This document shows positions 17,680-30,179 of a stretch of DNA of 64,000 nucleotides, piece by piece; the first letter of the stretch is position 1, and each line of letters starts with the position of its first letter. Both the position numbers and the translations under genes were made by a program. Source of the DNA: Raja brachyura (taxonomy: Eukaryota); contig OY740790.1 in assembly GCA_963514005.1 (NCBI GenBank), forward strand, positions 48,918,001 to 48,982,000. Direction: 5' to 3'. The notes beneath the pieces are model-generated. The model made no database searches. It saw only the letters and a list, made by a program, of their open reading frames with translations, and had not been told where the DNA came from.

Positions 17680-18645
17680 GTATTGTTATATGCACATGTA
17701 CAGTGCAGTACAGGTACAATTAAAGTTTTGTTTGCAGCAGCATCGCTGACACATAGACTCAGACACACAAAAAATTTATTAGATATAAATTATGCATTCA
17801 TTCTGCAAGACGGTAGTGAAAAAAACAATGCCAAAAACAAAACAAGGTCGGCACGATTGCGCAGCGTAGAGTTGATGCCTTACAACGCTAGAGACCCGGT
17901 TTCAATCCTGACCACGGGTGCTGTCTGTACGGAGTTTGAACGTTCTTGCCATGATGTGCATGTGTTTTCTTTGGGTGTTCTGGTTTCCTCCCACACTCTA
18001 AAGACATACAGGTTTTGTAGGCTAATTGGCTTGGTATAATTGTAAATTGTCCCCAGTGTGCATAGGTTAGTGTTAGTGTGCGGGGATCGCTGGTCAGCGC
18101 GGACTTGGTGGGCCGAAGGGCCTGTTTCTGCACTGCATCTCTAAACTAAACTAACATTTGTACAAAATGCAATTAGAGAAACAAGTCCAAAGTAGTGCAA
18201 GAGGTTGCCGGAATGTTTTATTTTTGAAGTCGGATTGGGATTCGAGAATCTGATGATTGTAGGAAAGGTGTTTAAGAATCTGACGGTGCATGACTTCAGG
18301 CTTCTGTACCAACGGCCCAACGGTAGAAGTGATAAGATAGCATGACCCAGATGGTGAGGATTCTTCATGATAGATGTCGCCTTCATGTAGATGCTTTTGT
18401 TGGTGGTGAGGTCTGTGCCGTTGATGGACTGGGCTGAGTTCACCACTTTGTACAGCCTCTTGTGTTCCTCTGTCTCAGGATTGCCATCCTGAGCCATGAT
18501 GCAACCTGTCAGTATACTTGCTACAGCGCATCTGTAGAAATTTGTCAGAGCATTAGGTGACATGCCGAGTAAGTAGAGACAATGGCATGTCTTCTTCGTG
18601 ATTACATCTATTTCTATGTTTAGAAGGTCTAAGAATGAAGGCACC
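17680..18645 (-). mobile_element. Rex1/Babar-clade LINE 3' fragment, interrupted by a V-SINE
   Basis: ORF 18141-18671: LTNFYRCAVASILTGCI..KRLYKVVNSAQSI..PHHLGH..LLPLGRWYRS..RFLNTF, the Rex1/Babar RT C-terminus. The 3' UTR continues left of the SINE. Confidence 0.8.
17846..18154 (+). mobile_element. HE1-type V-SINE, full length
   Basis: tRNA-derived head (GCGCAGCGTAGAG..GGTTTCAATCC), V-domain (GGGTGTTCTGGTTTCCTCCCACA), CR1-like tail GGGCCGAAGGGCCTGTTTC and (CTAAA)n. Confidence 0.88.
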
Positions 18646-19589
18646 GTGATTGCTGCCAGGATATAAGGCATAATTCACTGCCTCTGGCCACACAGTAACT
18701 GGAAGCTGAGGAAGTAGATTTCCTTTGAGCAGAGTAGACATGTGGTGTGGTCAGTAATACCCTGCATCAAAGGGAATCTGGAAGTCAACCAAATTTGCAT
18801 GCTTACTCTGCCTGTTGCTCCCTGAACAGAGAATGACATATTAATCAGACTCTTTGATATCAAAGCATCAATGACATCAATTCCTAACATAACTTTAGGG
18901 GCAAATCACAAGATTTTCTAAAAATCACAAGATGTTGTAAATATCTCTAGCTCAGCCTGGATGGAGTTAGATGCATGTTTGTGCATTAACTGCACATACA
19001 GACAATGCTATATCCAGGGAGAGTTGACTGTATTATTCCCTTGGTACTCAAGCTTGTTGCCCATGCCAATTAAGTGACTGAGATTGATTTTACGCCTCAT
19101 TTTATATGTAACACTCTTCCACTCACTGCAATTTTCTTGGAGGGAAGGCATAACTGAAAACCCAGGCAAAAGAGTTGAACTTAAGATGCCATGAACGAGT
19201 ACTGTGCCATCCATTACAATCATGGCCCATCTGACAGTTACACATCAGCGACAACTAACATACTAATTATTAGACTGCACCAGATATGCTACATTCCCAT
19301 TTAGGGAGTACGTAGATTGCTCTTGGAAGAAATGCAGTACTTTTCAATCAAAAGAATGAATTTGGGGCTAAAATAATTAAATTCCAAACTGAAATATGTG
19401 CTTCCGTGAGTATAGAATATATAGAGATGGTCTAACTGAGGTATTTTGGTGAATTGAATGGCATGGCAGACTAAATAGAGAAGAATGTTGTGAGAGAAAT
19501 TTGTTAAATGAATCAAGAGTAAGAGGGGGGTAACCTTAAAATAATAAATTTAATTGTGCAGACATGATGTCAGGAGGCATATATTTTGC

Positions 19590-19900
19590 AGGGCAACCAG
19601 CATGTATTTGTTAAAGCCAAATCATGTTTAACTCACTGGATAGAGTTTTCTGATCAGGTAACAAGAATGTTCAATGGGGGACATGTGGTTGATGTGGTGC
19701 ATATGGATTTTTAAAGAACATTCGGTGAAGAGTTGTATTACAGGCTTATCTTCAAGAATGAGGCCCTTAGACTAAAAATAACTATGAAAAAAACGAGAAA
19801 ATAAGGAAAATAATAGGAATCAGGCGAATTGAAGTGAATGATGGTTTTCAAAGTGGAGTGCAGTGCACCGTGGTGAACTGTAGGGGTCAGTTCTTGGCTC
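19590..19900 (+). mobile_element. Old CR1 RT internal fragment
   Basis: AAATCATGTTTAACT..GAGTTTTCTGATCAGGTAACA..GTGGTTGATGTGGTGCATATGGATTTTTAA encodes KSCLT..EF..VT..VDVV.MDF. Confidence 0.65.
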
Positions 19901-20019
19901 TCTGCTTTTCTGCAAGACCTGGTGTGCTTTTTCTGTTAAGAACACCAATGTGGTTGGAAGAAGAGATTGACTGGCATGATCAGGGGGTTTACTTGTGCAG
20001 CTATATTGAAGAACACATC

Positions 20020-20665
20020 TCTCCATTCCCTACATTTCCATATGCTTATCCAAAAGCTTCTTTAATTGTATCTGCCTCAACCACCAACCCTGGTAGTGGG
20101 TTCTGCACATCTCCCGTAAACTTTGCCCCATCTCACCTTAAAGCTCTGCCCTCTGGTATTTATTTTTTTCATCATGGGAAAAAGGTTCTTACTATCTACC
20201 CTATCAAGGCCTCTCATAATTTTATATACTTCTATCAGGCCTCCCCGCAAACGCTTGCGTTCCAGAGAAGACAATCACAGTTTGTCCAACCTGTCCCTGT
20301 AGTTAATACCCCTAGTCCAGCCAACATTCTGGTGAACCTCCTGTGCACCCATTCCAAAGACTCCACATCCTTACTGTAATGGAGCAACTCGAACTGCACA
20401 TGATATTCTAAAGGGTTACACAAAAGGCTGGACAAACTCAGCGGGTGCAGCAGCATCTAAGGAGCAAAGGAGATAGGCGATGTTTCGGGTGCTGCTGCAC
20501 CCGCTGAGTTTCTCCAGCCTTTTGTATACCCTCGATTCCTCAGCATCTGCAGTTCCTTCTTTAACACCATATTCTAAACGTGGCCTAACCAATGTCCTAT
20601 AAAGCTGCATCCTGACATCCTGAATCTTATACTCAATGCCCCAACCTTTGAAAGCAAGCATACCA
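20020..20665 (-). mobile_element. CR1 LINE 3' fragment, interrupted by an inverted Penelope insertion
   Basis: ORFs MQLYRTLVRPRLEY / LEYHVQF..KDVESLEWVHRRFTRML / SLERKRLRGGLIEVYKIMRGLDRVD. Confidence 0.88.
20413..20568. mobile_element. Penelope-derived element with inverted duplication and 10-bp TSD
   Basis: ATATTCTAAA at 20403-20412 and 20569-20578. Arms ACAAAAGGCTGGACAAACTCAGCGGGTGCAGCAGC and GCTGCTGCACCCGCTGAGTTTCTCCAGCCTTTTGT. Confidence 0.85.
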
Positions 20666-21844
20666 TATGTATATGATATTTAAAATCATGAAGGATAGTT
20701 AGAGACCCACTGTTTCCATTGGCGGTGGAGCAAATTATCGGAAGATATAGAATTATTCTAGTGTACAAAAGAATCAAAAGTTCAATTAATTTTAATCAGT
20801 GGTTAATGTTTGGAATGCACTGGGTGGGATTGAAGTGGGCATAAATTCAGTTGTGGTATTCAAAAAAGAATAGGATGTACTTGACAGGAAAATAAATTCA
20901 AGGCTGCAAGGAAAGGAAAGTGCCAATACCAGGATTGCTCGTGCATGGAGCCAGCACAAATTGAGGGGCTGAATAGCTTCCTCTTTGGTAAAGGATAGTG
21001 AATTTCTCGAAATCTCTCCCTGAAAAATGCTTTTCAGGCTTGGTCAACTGGACATTTTAAAAGCAACTTTTTTTCTAAGGCAGGGATACATTGGGAAATG
21101 AAGCCAATCAGCCAATAGAGTTGAAATATAAACCAAATGTGGTCTAATGAATGGAAGAATATGATTTGGGGACCAAATGGCTTACTGTTCCTTATAGTAA
21201 ATCTGCTTTATACTAATAGTATAACATATGTTTTCTGTTGCACAACATGCCATATTTTGTTTCAAACAGCTTGTTTAATGAAATTCTTAGAAAAAGCGTA
21301 ATGAAGAATAATTGAAATGCCTTTGGCTTGAGTAGCCTTCAATAGAAGCCTGTCAAGTGAGGCGAAAAATTAAGGATACAATTACAATTTAAAAGCAATA
21401 ATATAACTAATTCTGTTATGCTACTCATCATTTTTAAAAAAAGCCTTATTAATTATAATCATAGAACTTAGCATCTGTGTAAATGTCCATCTTTCACATC
21501 TTGCTAAGATTTGTGAGTACAGACAGGGACTACCTTTTTAAGTAACCTGAGTGTTTGGTCAATCAATTTTTCCAGTATCTCAATTTCCATTTGTCTGAGG
21601 AATTAACAAATTGTGTCATATATTGTGCTGATGCATCCAGCCACATTTCTGGTCTTGTCTCCAGATGGTTTATATGTCTGCAATTCAACAGCACTTAGGC
21701 ACTTACTATTTGTATGGGGTACCCGTCTATCAATGTCCTGCCAAAGTGAGGCCCTGGGAACACCTCACCCAAGACGTTCAACCTTGGTCCTGGGCCTCAA
21801 ACATTGCAGTCACTGCAGTTGGAGAAGAAAATTCAATTTATTTC

Positions 21845-22142
21845 TAGTTTAGTTTAGAGCTACAACACGGAAACAGGCCCTTTGGCCCACCGAGTCCGCA
21901 CCAACCAGCGATTCCCGTACACTTGCACTATCCTACACACTAAGAACAATTTATAATCTTTACCAAAGCCAATTAACCTACAAACCTTTGGAGTGTGGGA
22001 GGAAACCAGAGCACCTGGGGAAAATCCACGTGGTCATGGGGACAACGTACAAACTCCATATAGACAGCACCCATAGTCAGGATCGAACCCAGGTAGCTGG
22101 CTCTGTGAGGTAGCAACCCTACTGCTGTGCCAATGTGCCACC
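21845..22142 (-). mobile_element. HE1-type V-SINE, full length
   Basis: Reverse complement of the 17846-18154 family, including head, V-domain and (TTTAG)n tail. Confidence 0.88.
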
Positions 22143-23691
22143 TCCTGCACCTTCCCATGTCATCTGAATAAATTGAGATTCGTTATATCCATGATTCGTT
22201 ATATCTGTCCTTAAACCTGAGATAGGCATAACTTTCCTGCTTGCTTACCAGTTGCAAGGATAGGAAGAAAGCTTCTTCTGCCATTATACTAGCTGTGATT
22301 ATGGACATGAGTGAAGCTCTTTGCATTAACCAGCCCACTGATTATCCTTTTGTTTTCAAACTGAAAGGACTTCTATGAATTAGTCTATGGAGATTAGAAA
22401 GCCACCAAGACAAGAAATATGAATTCTATTTGCGTATTTATATTCAATATTTTTTTTAATATGTGTGTTGGCACCATAGGTAGCAGTTTATTATGAAGTA
22501 TATTGAGTTCGCTGGGATATAAAAGTAAAAACAAACATAAGAAGTATTGAAAAATAATGATGTTAATTGCAATTCTCAATTTTTTAAACCTGTTCCTGAT
22601 GATAAAGTTGATAATTTCTCTCAATCAATGTTTTTTATTATGTAATAATAGAACTGTTTACCAGGCAACATTTAGATAACTCTAGCTGTCATTGAATATC
22701 ATTTAGTAAGTTATTGTTTCATATTCAGCTAAAATGAGTGCACGTTATGATGATACATCCAAAAGGAATCAATACAGCATTTCACAATTCACAAGATGTT
22801 TTTGTACTTTCTACTTTTAACTTGATTTTTATTAGCTCAATAAAAACATTTCTATTGTGTCAGTGCATTTGATAAAAAATTCCCAGCCAAGAGCGAATTA
22901 CAAGCATATCTATGTCTGCAGGCACTAAACTGTGAAGTCAAAAGATAATTCAGCACCATATTTTAAAGCTATATTTAAAACCCGAGTGTGTAAGGATGCA
23001 GTAACAACCTCCCCACTGCCCTGGATTTGGGGAGGAATTTGAAGTCAAAGTCTGTGTGCATTACTAAATAATCTTAAAAATGAGAAATGTTTTATTCCTT
23101 TGAATGAGTCTGCAATATGTCTGATTGCTTTTTCCCTCATAAAACTGTGCTTTTGGCAAGGGTCTGTCCTTGCCCAATGTAAATCTCTACAACAGAGTAG
23201 ATGAAGTTTTGCTACATACAGATGTAAAGAATTTTTGGAGCATGTGTTGTTCAAATAAAATACTGTGGCTTCATTCAACTAGCCTGTCATTTCAATTTAA
23301 ACCTATGTTGCATAGAACCCGAGTCATATCAGCATCTGAAGATGCGAATTTGGGAGTTCAAGAGCTAAAGAGAATATGGGACAAAATATATTGAAGAATC
23401 TGCTTTTTGTAGAGGAAGCAGCTGTAATTATTTCCAAAAAGTGCCACAATAATGAATGTGCATTGCTGATGGTTACAAAATCTCTGAATTAGGGATCAGA
23501 GACATAACTTTGTTTTCCGCAATGTTTTTAAGTATAATGGTTTCTGTCTTTAAAAGAAGCAGTAAGCTTCTCCTCAGCTCGTTTTGCTGTCATTATTATC
23601 TGAACTCACCACACTTATCACAATCTATAATTTGTTGTCCATAGGGGCTAGAAGAATATATCATTTGATATAATGAGGTGCCATAGTCCTA

Positions 23692-24680
23692 AAGATAGAC
23701 ACAAAATGCTGGAGTAACTCGGCATTTCTAGAGAGAAGTAATGCATGATGTTTTGGGGCCGAGACCCTTCTTCTGCCAGTTCAGAGTAGCATATCTCTGA
23801 AGATTTGTCCTGGGCCCAGCACATTGATGCAATCACAAACAAAGCTCATCAACATCTCTACTTCCTTAGATGTTCGAGGAGATTCGGCATAACCCAAATA
23901 AGATCATAAATTCATTAATCATAGTAGTAGAATTAGGCCATTCAGCTCATCGAGTCTACTCCTCCATTCAATCATGGCTGGGCTATCTTTCCTTCTCAAC
24001 CCCATTCTCCTGCCTTCTTCCAATAACCTTTCACACCCTTACTAATCAAGAACCTGTCAATCTCTGCTTTAAAAATACCCAATGACGGCCTCCACAACCG
24101 TCTGTGACAATGAATTCCCCAGATTCACCACTAGTCAGAGGGTGGTGCACCTGGGGAATTCATTGCCACAGATGGCTGTCTGCCTAATCTGCCTAATCTC
24201 CTTTCTAAAGGTTTGTACTTTTATTCTGAGGCTTCTGGTCCTAGACTCTCCCACTAGGGAAACATCCTTTCCACATCCAATATTCTATCAAACATCTACA
24301 GGTAAATAATAGAGAGCACAGAGGTTGCATCTTGGCCTGCTTCAGTAATTATTTTTCTCCCACATTCCAAAAGATGTACAGGTTTGGATGTTAATTGCCT
24401 CAGGTAAAAATTGTAAATTGTCCATAGTGTATAGGTTAGTGCTAGTGTACGGGGATCGCTGGTTGGCGCGGACTCAGTGTCTGCACTGTATCTCTATACT
24501 AATCTAAACTAAACTTAACATTACATCTTTGGGAAATGGAAGGAATCCAATGCATCCGGAGGAAATCCATATGGTTTCAGAGGGAACATAAAAGACAGCG
24601 TACAGACAGCACCTGAGGTCAGGATTGATGACGAGTCACTAGAGTTATGAGACATCAGCCTTTACTGCAGCACCATCATG
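23692..24680. mobile_element. Nested repeat cluster: Penelope-derived (-, 23692-23775), Rex1/Babar (+, ~23780-23900 resuming ~24280-24348), CR1 3' end (-, ~23915-24277), V-SINE halves (+ ~24352-24515; - ~24520-24680)
   Basis: ISEDLSWAQHIDAITNKAHQHLYFLR..RRFG (Rex1/Babar) resumes as ILSNIYR..IES after the CR1 tail. SINE tail (CTAAA)n at ~24500. Confidence 0.7.
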
Positions 24681-25879
24681 TCACTATATCATAATTGTTC
24701 AGTAAGTTAAAAGGACACTTCATGGAATTACACACAGGAAAACTCTGCCTTTATGTTCAATGATTGGAAAAAAAGCATTTGGCCACATATGGCCGAGGAG
24801 ACTCAGCAAAGGATTGAGTCTCTTAATTAACTTCTGATGCTCACGTACTTTTGAAGTAGCAACAGAATAAGTTTCCTCTAAGGATTTCCTTGTTAGTTTT
24901 TTGTTCTTTGCCAATATAAGGCAAGACAAAATCCTCATGTGCCGTTCCTGGCAGTCTGCTCAGGAGGAGGTTTGGCAGGGGCTTGGTAACAAAATGCCTG
25001 TCTGACCTCTTGACTGGAAAAAGTGAATTAAATGGTATAAATGTTACTTTAATTATCACACTTAAAAAAAATCTTTGACAAAAATCTTTATTGAAGAGCA
25101 TACATTTCAGTAGCAGGGAAGGACACAGTTGCAATTGATTTCAACACAAGGATAAAGATAACAGCATGTACAGACATCACGTTTAAATTTAGAGTGCAGG
25201 TAGTTCAATCTTCATTGCTGGTGAAAGAGTTCATATATCTTTCTGATTTGTATTTGTGTATGTGGGACAAAATTTGATTTAAAGATCAGTGTAACAAAAC
25301 CACATGGCTTTCAGAGTACCAGCTGACCTGGACTGCACCACTTCAATTCAGATTCGGAAGACCTCTAATTTGTAAATTATTGACCATATTCCAGGACAAT
25401 TCTATGTTATATGGCAATCATCACCTTTCATCTTGACTGTTTCAGAAATGTATTCTTTTTAAACTTCATCCAAGCACCACAATATCATTGTGGGTCTCTT
25501 GTGTCTGAAATAAAACACCAGATGCATCTCCCATTAAAAGAGAAAACAATTACTTCACTGTTTGTAGATATTTACTACTGACAGGCCAGTTATTTCTTAA
25601 ACACCGGACAGTACATAAATGTAAAGTTTTGGATAAATGACTGTACATTCTGTCATTTATCAATTTCTGTTTTAATTTCCACTGCCTCAAATGTGGTATG
25701 ATTTTAAAACCTAGTGAACATTCTTACTGCCTTTTCAATTGGTAATCTCACCTTTAGGATTCCCTTTAAATGATCACTATTTTTGAAAAAGGACTTTCAC
25801 AAAACTTTGTTCAAGGGAGAATTCCATCTCCAAAAGAGTGGCTTAAGTTTTAGATATTGCTTACAACCATTTCAAAATA

Positions 25880-26830
25880 ATACAATAGCACAGTACATGA
25901 ACAGGCTTCTTGACCCATGACACCTGCTGACCATGATGCCAAGTTAAATTAATCTCCTCTCCCTCTATGTGATCCATATCTCTCCATTCCCTGTGTATCC
26001 ATGTGCCTATCTAAAAGCCTCTTAAATGCCACCCCAGGGAACACGTTCCAGGCACCCAACATGCTCTGCCTCCCCCCCAGATCTCCTTTAAACCTTGTCC
26101 CTATCACGTTAAAAGTATGTCCTCTCATCCTTGTCATATCAACCCTGGTAAAATGGTTCAGACTATCTACTCTTTGTATGCCTCTCATAATTTTATATAC
26201 TTTTATCAGGTGTCCCCTTAATCTAAAGCTCTTCAGCGCGTCATCCACAGAGCGCAAAAGATTATTGGGACACCACTACCAGCCTTGGAGGGCATCTACC
26301 ACACACGGTGCCTCAGGAAGACCGTCAGCATACATAAAGACTCCTCTCACCCTTGTAATGGACTGTTCGAACTACTCCCTTCCGGCAGACGTTACAAGGC
26401 CTTCTACGCCCGCACCTCCAGACTCAGGAACAGCTTCGTTCCCTGAGCTATAGCGGCTCTGAACCGGCCCTGCTGAGTACCCCCCCCCCCCCCCCATGGA
26501 CTGTCTCCCCCGGCCTCGCATTTTAGTCTGTGTTGATTTTACTGGTCTAATGTTCGTTTGTACAAACCTTGTTCTCGGGGTATCTAAACCAAAATTTTAT
26601 TTGTCGATTAAGTTATGACATTGGATGGAAGTTGCAAACCAAATTTCGTTGCACTTATGTTTAATGACAATAAAAGATATTATTATTATTATTATTATTA
26701 TTAATCTCCAACAGTCTAGAGAAAATAATCCAAGTTTGTCCAACCTCTCTTTATAGCTAATGCCCTCTAGTGCAGGCAGCATTCTGGTAAACCTCTTCCG
26801 CACCCTCTCCAAAGCCTCCACATCCTGTAA
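25880..26830 (-). mobile_element. CR1 LINE 3' fragment, split by a Rex1/Babar insertion
   Basis: ORF 26597-26821 (EALERVRKRFTRML..LGLFSLDCWRL) continues in ORF 25949-26257 (RLRGHLIKVYKIMRG). Confidence 0.85.
26225..26700 (+). mobile_element. Rex1/Babar LINE 3' end with (TAT)n tail and 7-bp TSD
   Basis: LQRVIHRAQKII..KDSSHPCNGLFELLPSGRRYKAF..TSRLRNSF, then AATAAA and (TAT)n. TTAATCT at 26218-26224 and 26701-26707. Confidence 0.85.
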
Positions 26831-28944
26831 TGAAATAGACCATAAGTATAATCAGGAGTAGGCCATCTGGGCCCTCATGTCCAATTATAGTTTAAAATCA
26901 TGGCTGGTGTTTTACCTTAGTTCTGCCTTCCACCACTAACCGTTAGCCATTGAATCTATCAATATCTAAACATCTTTCCTATATTTACTCATTGCAGATA
27001 ATGCACAATATTTTCCATATGATTTCTTAATCTTTGTTGCTTCTGTTTACCAACCTTTTGAGGGAATTGAACAATGTGAGGTCTCAGTGTTTAGATTGCA
27101 GTTCCTATCCTCAGATTTGCACATTATATCTAATAAGCAAACTGAAAGAATTGCTGTAGTTCCTGAGGCTTGAAACTTTAAACTTTGTTGGCAACAGAGG
27201 CCACATCCCACAGGCCAGGCCATTTACTACAAACTGTTTTTCACCAACTTCATTGATTTAATTCACAATATCATGTTGAATTTTTGGAGTTGCATTCCAA
27301 CATGCTTTCACATGTTATGCAAGCTCTTTATGCTGATATGCTTTGTTAAGTGACCATAGGTTACCAAGATATGGCACAGTATAGCATTGCACAGGGATAC
27401 GAGAGGTATTCTTCAATTCCAATTCACTGACAGTGGAGTACTATGAGTGAAATTTATGCAAGAAGGCCAATATGATGCATAGACCAGATAATCTTTTTTG
27501 TATGTTACCACACAACCTAGAGTGCACATTGATTCTGCAGTTTTTAACGTGAGTGACTGGATCCTGTGCAGTAGCACAGTAGCACATACCTGCAGTCTGA
27601 CCTCTTGGTCTCTCTAGTAACATCTGGTACAGGGTATGAGCATATTTTGTTCAAAGTCGGATTTATCACAGTATCTGACGCAGGGAGGCAGCAACACAGA
27701 GTCAGGCATGATGGGCACTGTGACCCTGAAATGTCCCAGGCGTACTCCAGTTGAATACCAAAGATATGTTAAAAGGTTGGAATGGGTGGGCACAAAATCA
27801 TGGCCAGTTCTACTAGATGGTAGTACTTTTTCACTTTGATGTGCCATAGAGGAGAGCCATTGCTTCAAAAAGTGACAACCAGAACTACAGTCAACCTGAG
27901 CTGCCTCACTGTTTAGTGCTGTAGTTGGTTCCTGGGGCCAGGGAGCACAGTGTCTGTCTGGTCTCATGGCCAGAAATGGTGCACGTGGGCCAGCGAGACC
28001 AAAGGAAAGGAAATGGAAAAAACATATTACAAAACGTGGCACTAATTCTTCAACAAAGATAAGGACAGTCATTGTCTTACTTATTGTTTAAACATTAGAA
28101 TCGCTGCTCCTACAAATGAACTGGCCTGTTGTAAGCATCCCTAAACAGGCTCTAATTAAGATTGCTTTATTTTAATTCTTGTCGTGGGAGGCGGGGGATG
28201 AGGATGTGGTGACTTAATTCTCTTCCCCGCAGCTACTGGTTAAGGTGAATATGTGAATAGCTAACCCGGCTAGGCACCTTCATTTTGCGGGTCACTGCTT
28301 GGGTAATGGTCTATTAATTTGCTCTATTTTCCCATGTGAGGCAAACTCAATTTCTTGGGTGGATTGTGAGCTAACTGTTGACATTGTGATTGATTGGTTG
28401 AACAGATGTTGTAGCCCACATCCCCCCCCCCCCCCCCCCCCACCCATCTAAAAAAACTTACAGGCAGTATTTACTACATGCAGTATCTGCCGTGCACCAT
28501 GAAAAATGACAAAAATATTGAACAATAAATAGGGTTTACAAACCCAATTTAAAACTATTATGGTAGGCTGTGTTACAGATGGGGCTGCTTGATACTCATC
28601 TTAAATAAAATAGAATTTTCTTATCACTATAATTTTAAATCGGTATCAAATGAGGAAATGCAGTGATAAATTCAATTTCTACTGATGGATTCCACTGTTT
28701 GCAGTTGACTGTTGCATGGCAATGTAAACACTGAATGCTTGTCAAACAAATAATTTCCCAAACTTGGGCCAAGAGTCCGATTTGAATTTGCCGAGGGCAA
28801 GTGAACTCACTGTGTGCAAGACTGATGGTGCACCATACACAAGCATAAAACTTTTCCTTTCAGTTTGTCCTTGTCTTTTTATTATTATTTGTATTTTCAG
28901 AAGTTTGTTTGTCATAATGTTTTTCCTTTCACTAAGGCAATTGT

Positions 28945-29235
28945 GGGCTGCACAGTGGCGCAACGGTAGAGGTGCTGCCTTACGGAGCCAGAGACCCGGA
29001 TTTGATCCTGACCACGGGGGCTGCCTGTGTGGAGTTTGTACGATCTCCCTATGACCACATGGGTTTTCTCCGGGTGCTCCAGTTTCTTCCCACATTACGA
29101 AGACGTGCAGGTTTGTAGGATAATTGGCTTTTGTAAAATTGTCCCTAATGTGCAGGATAGAACTAGTGTAAGGGGATCGCAGACTCAGTGGGCCAAAGGG
29201 CCAGTTTGCACATTGTATCTCTAAGCTAAACTAAA
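28945..29235 (+). mobile_element. HE1-type V-SINE
   Basis: GTGGCGCAACGGTAGAG..TTTGATCC head, GGGTTTTCTCCGGGTGCTCCAGTTTCTTCCCACA V-domain, CTAAA tail. Confidence 0.88.
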
Positions 29236-29811
29236 ATGTTCCCAGACTTCTTCACATATCCTACTTGCTTTGGTGGCATCATACAAATGATCTGCCTTTA
29301 ATTTTCTTGCTGGCACTCCTTATGCGAGTTGATAATAGTGTCCAGAGAAAGAGGAAATGTGTGAATAATTATGTGGTTAGAAATATTTCACCCTCCTGAT
29401 AACAATTCCTCATTTTCTTTCCAACTTCCCTAAACTTTAAAGACTTCAATTGCTGAAAGCAATAGCAGATAATATAACTTCTCCCAGGTTTTCGTTTCTT
29501 GTGCAATACCTTATAACAATAGCTGCCGAGGGCCAATTAGGGTTAAAAGTGGAAAATAAATATTCACCTTGTATTCGTTTATTATTTTAATCAATTCATG
29601 GCATCCAAAAATGCTCTAAGGCAATCTCATTACAAAATATATTTTAAGGATAAAATAGATTGGTATTCGACGTGCAGGGATGTGACAGGCAACTGTAGAT
29701 GGTCTGGAAAGCAGAGTTGATGTTAATGATGATCTTATTCAATGTTGGAGCAGGCTTGATGGGCAATATGGCCTATTCTTGCTCCTAATTCATAAGTTTG
29801 TAAATATATAA

Positions 29812-29995
29812 AAAGTGGCAGCTGGTTGGCACACAGCAAGGTCCACAAACAGCAATGTAATAATAACCAGATGTTTTGTTTCAGAGATGTTAAATGTGAG
29901 ATAATAATTAGCAGGACACTGGGGGATAACATTCTTGTTCTTGCTCTGATGGTGTCATGGGAACTTTCACTCTGGGGTTCAATTTTATATCTTAA
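29812..29995 (-). mobile_element. SacSINE1-like DeuSINE fragment
   Basis: CACAGCAAGGTCCACAAACAGCAATGT..ACCAGAT..GGACAC..GTCATGGGA is the reverse complement of the 16140-16572 family core. Confidence 0.65.
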
Positions 29996-30179
29996 CTCAA
30001 ACATGGCATCTTTAAGAATGAGATTGTGAAACAGAGTGGTGAATCTTTGGAATTGTTTACAAGGAGGCCTGTGGAGGTTCAGTTGCTGAAAATGGAGATT
30101 GATAGATTTTTGGCTAGCAAGGGTGTCAAAGGGTGGTTGGACAATGCAGGAATGTGATACTCAAGGTGAAGATCAGCCA

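Noticed and set aside
17846-17925. tRNA gene (also at ~22075-22142, ~28945-29015, ~30240-30310)
   Set aside because: These are degenerate A/B-box heads of V-SINEs that continue into the V-domain and LINE tail, with no intact cloverleaf.
27440-28080. 152-aa ORF (27614-28072), or a possible L1/Tx1 remnant
   Set aside because: No recognisable motif, and only a faint resemblance to a LINE 3' end; not supportable by eye.
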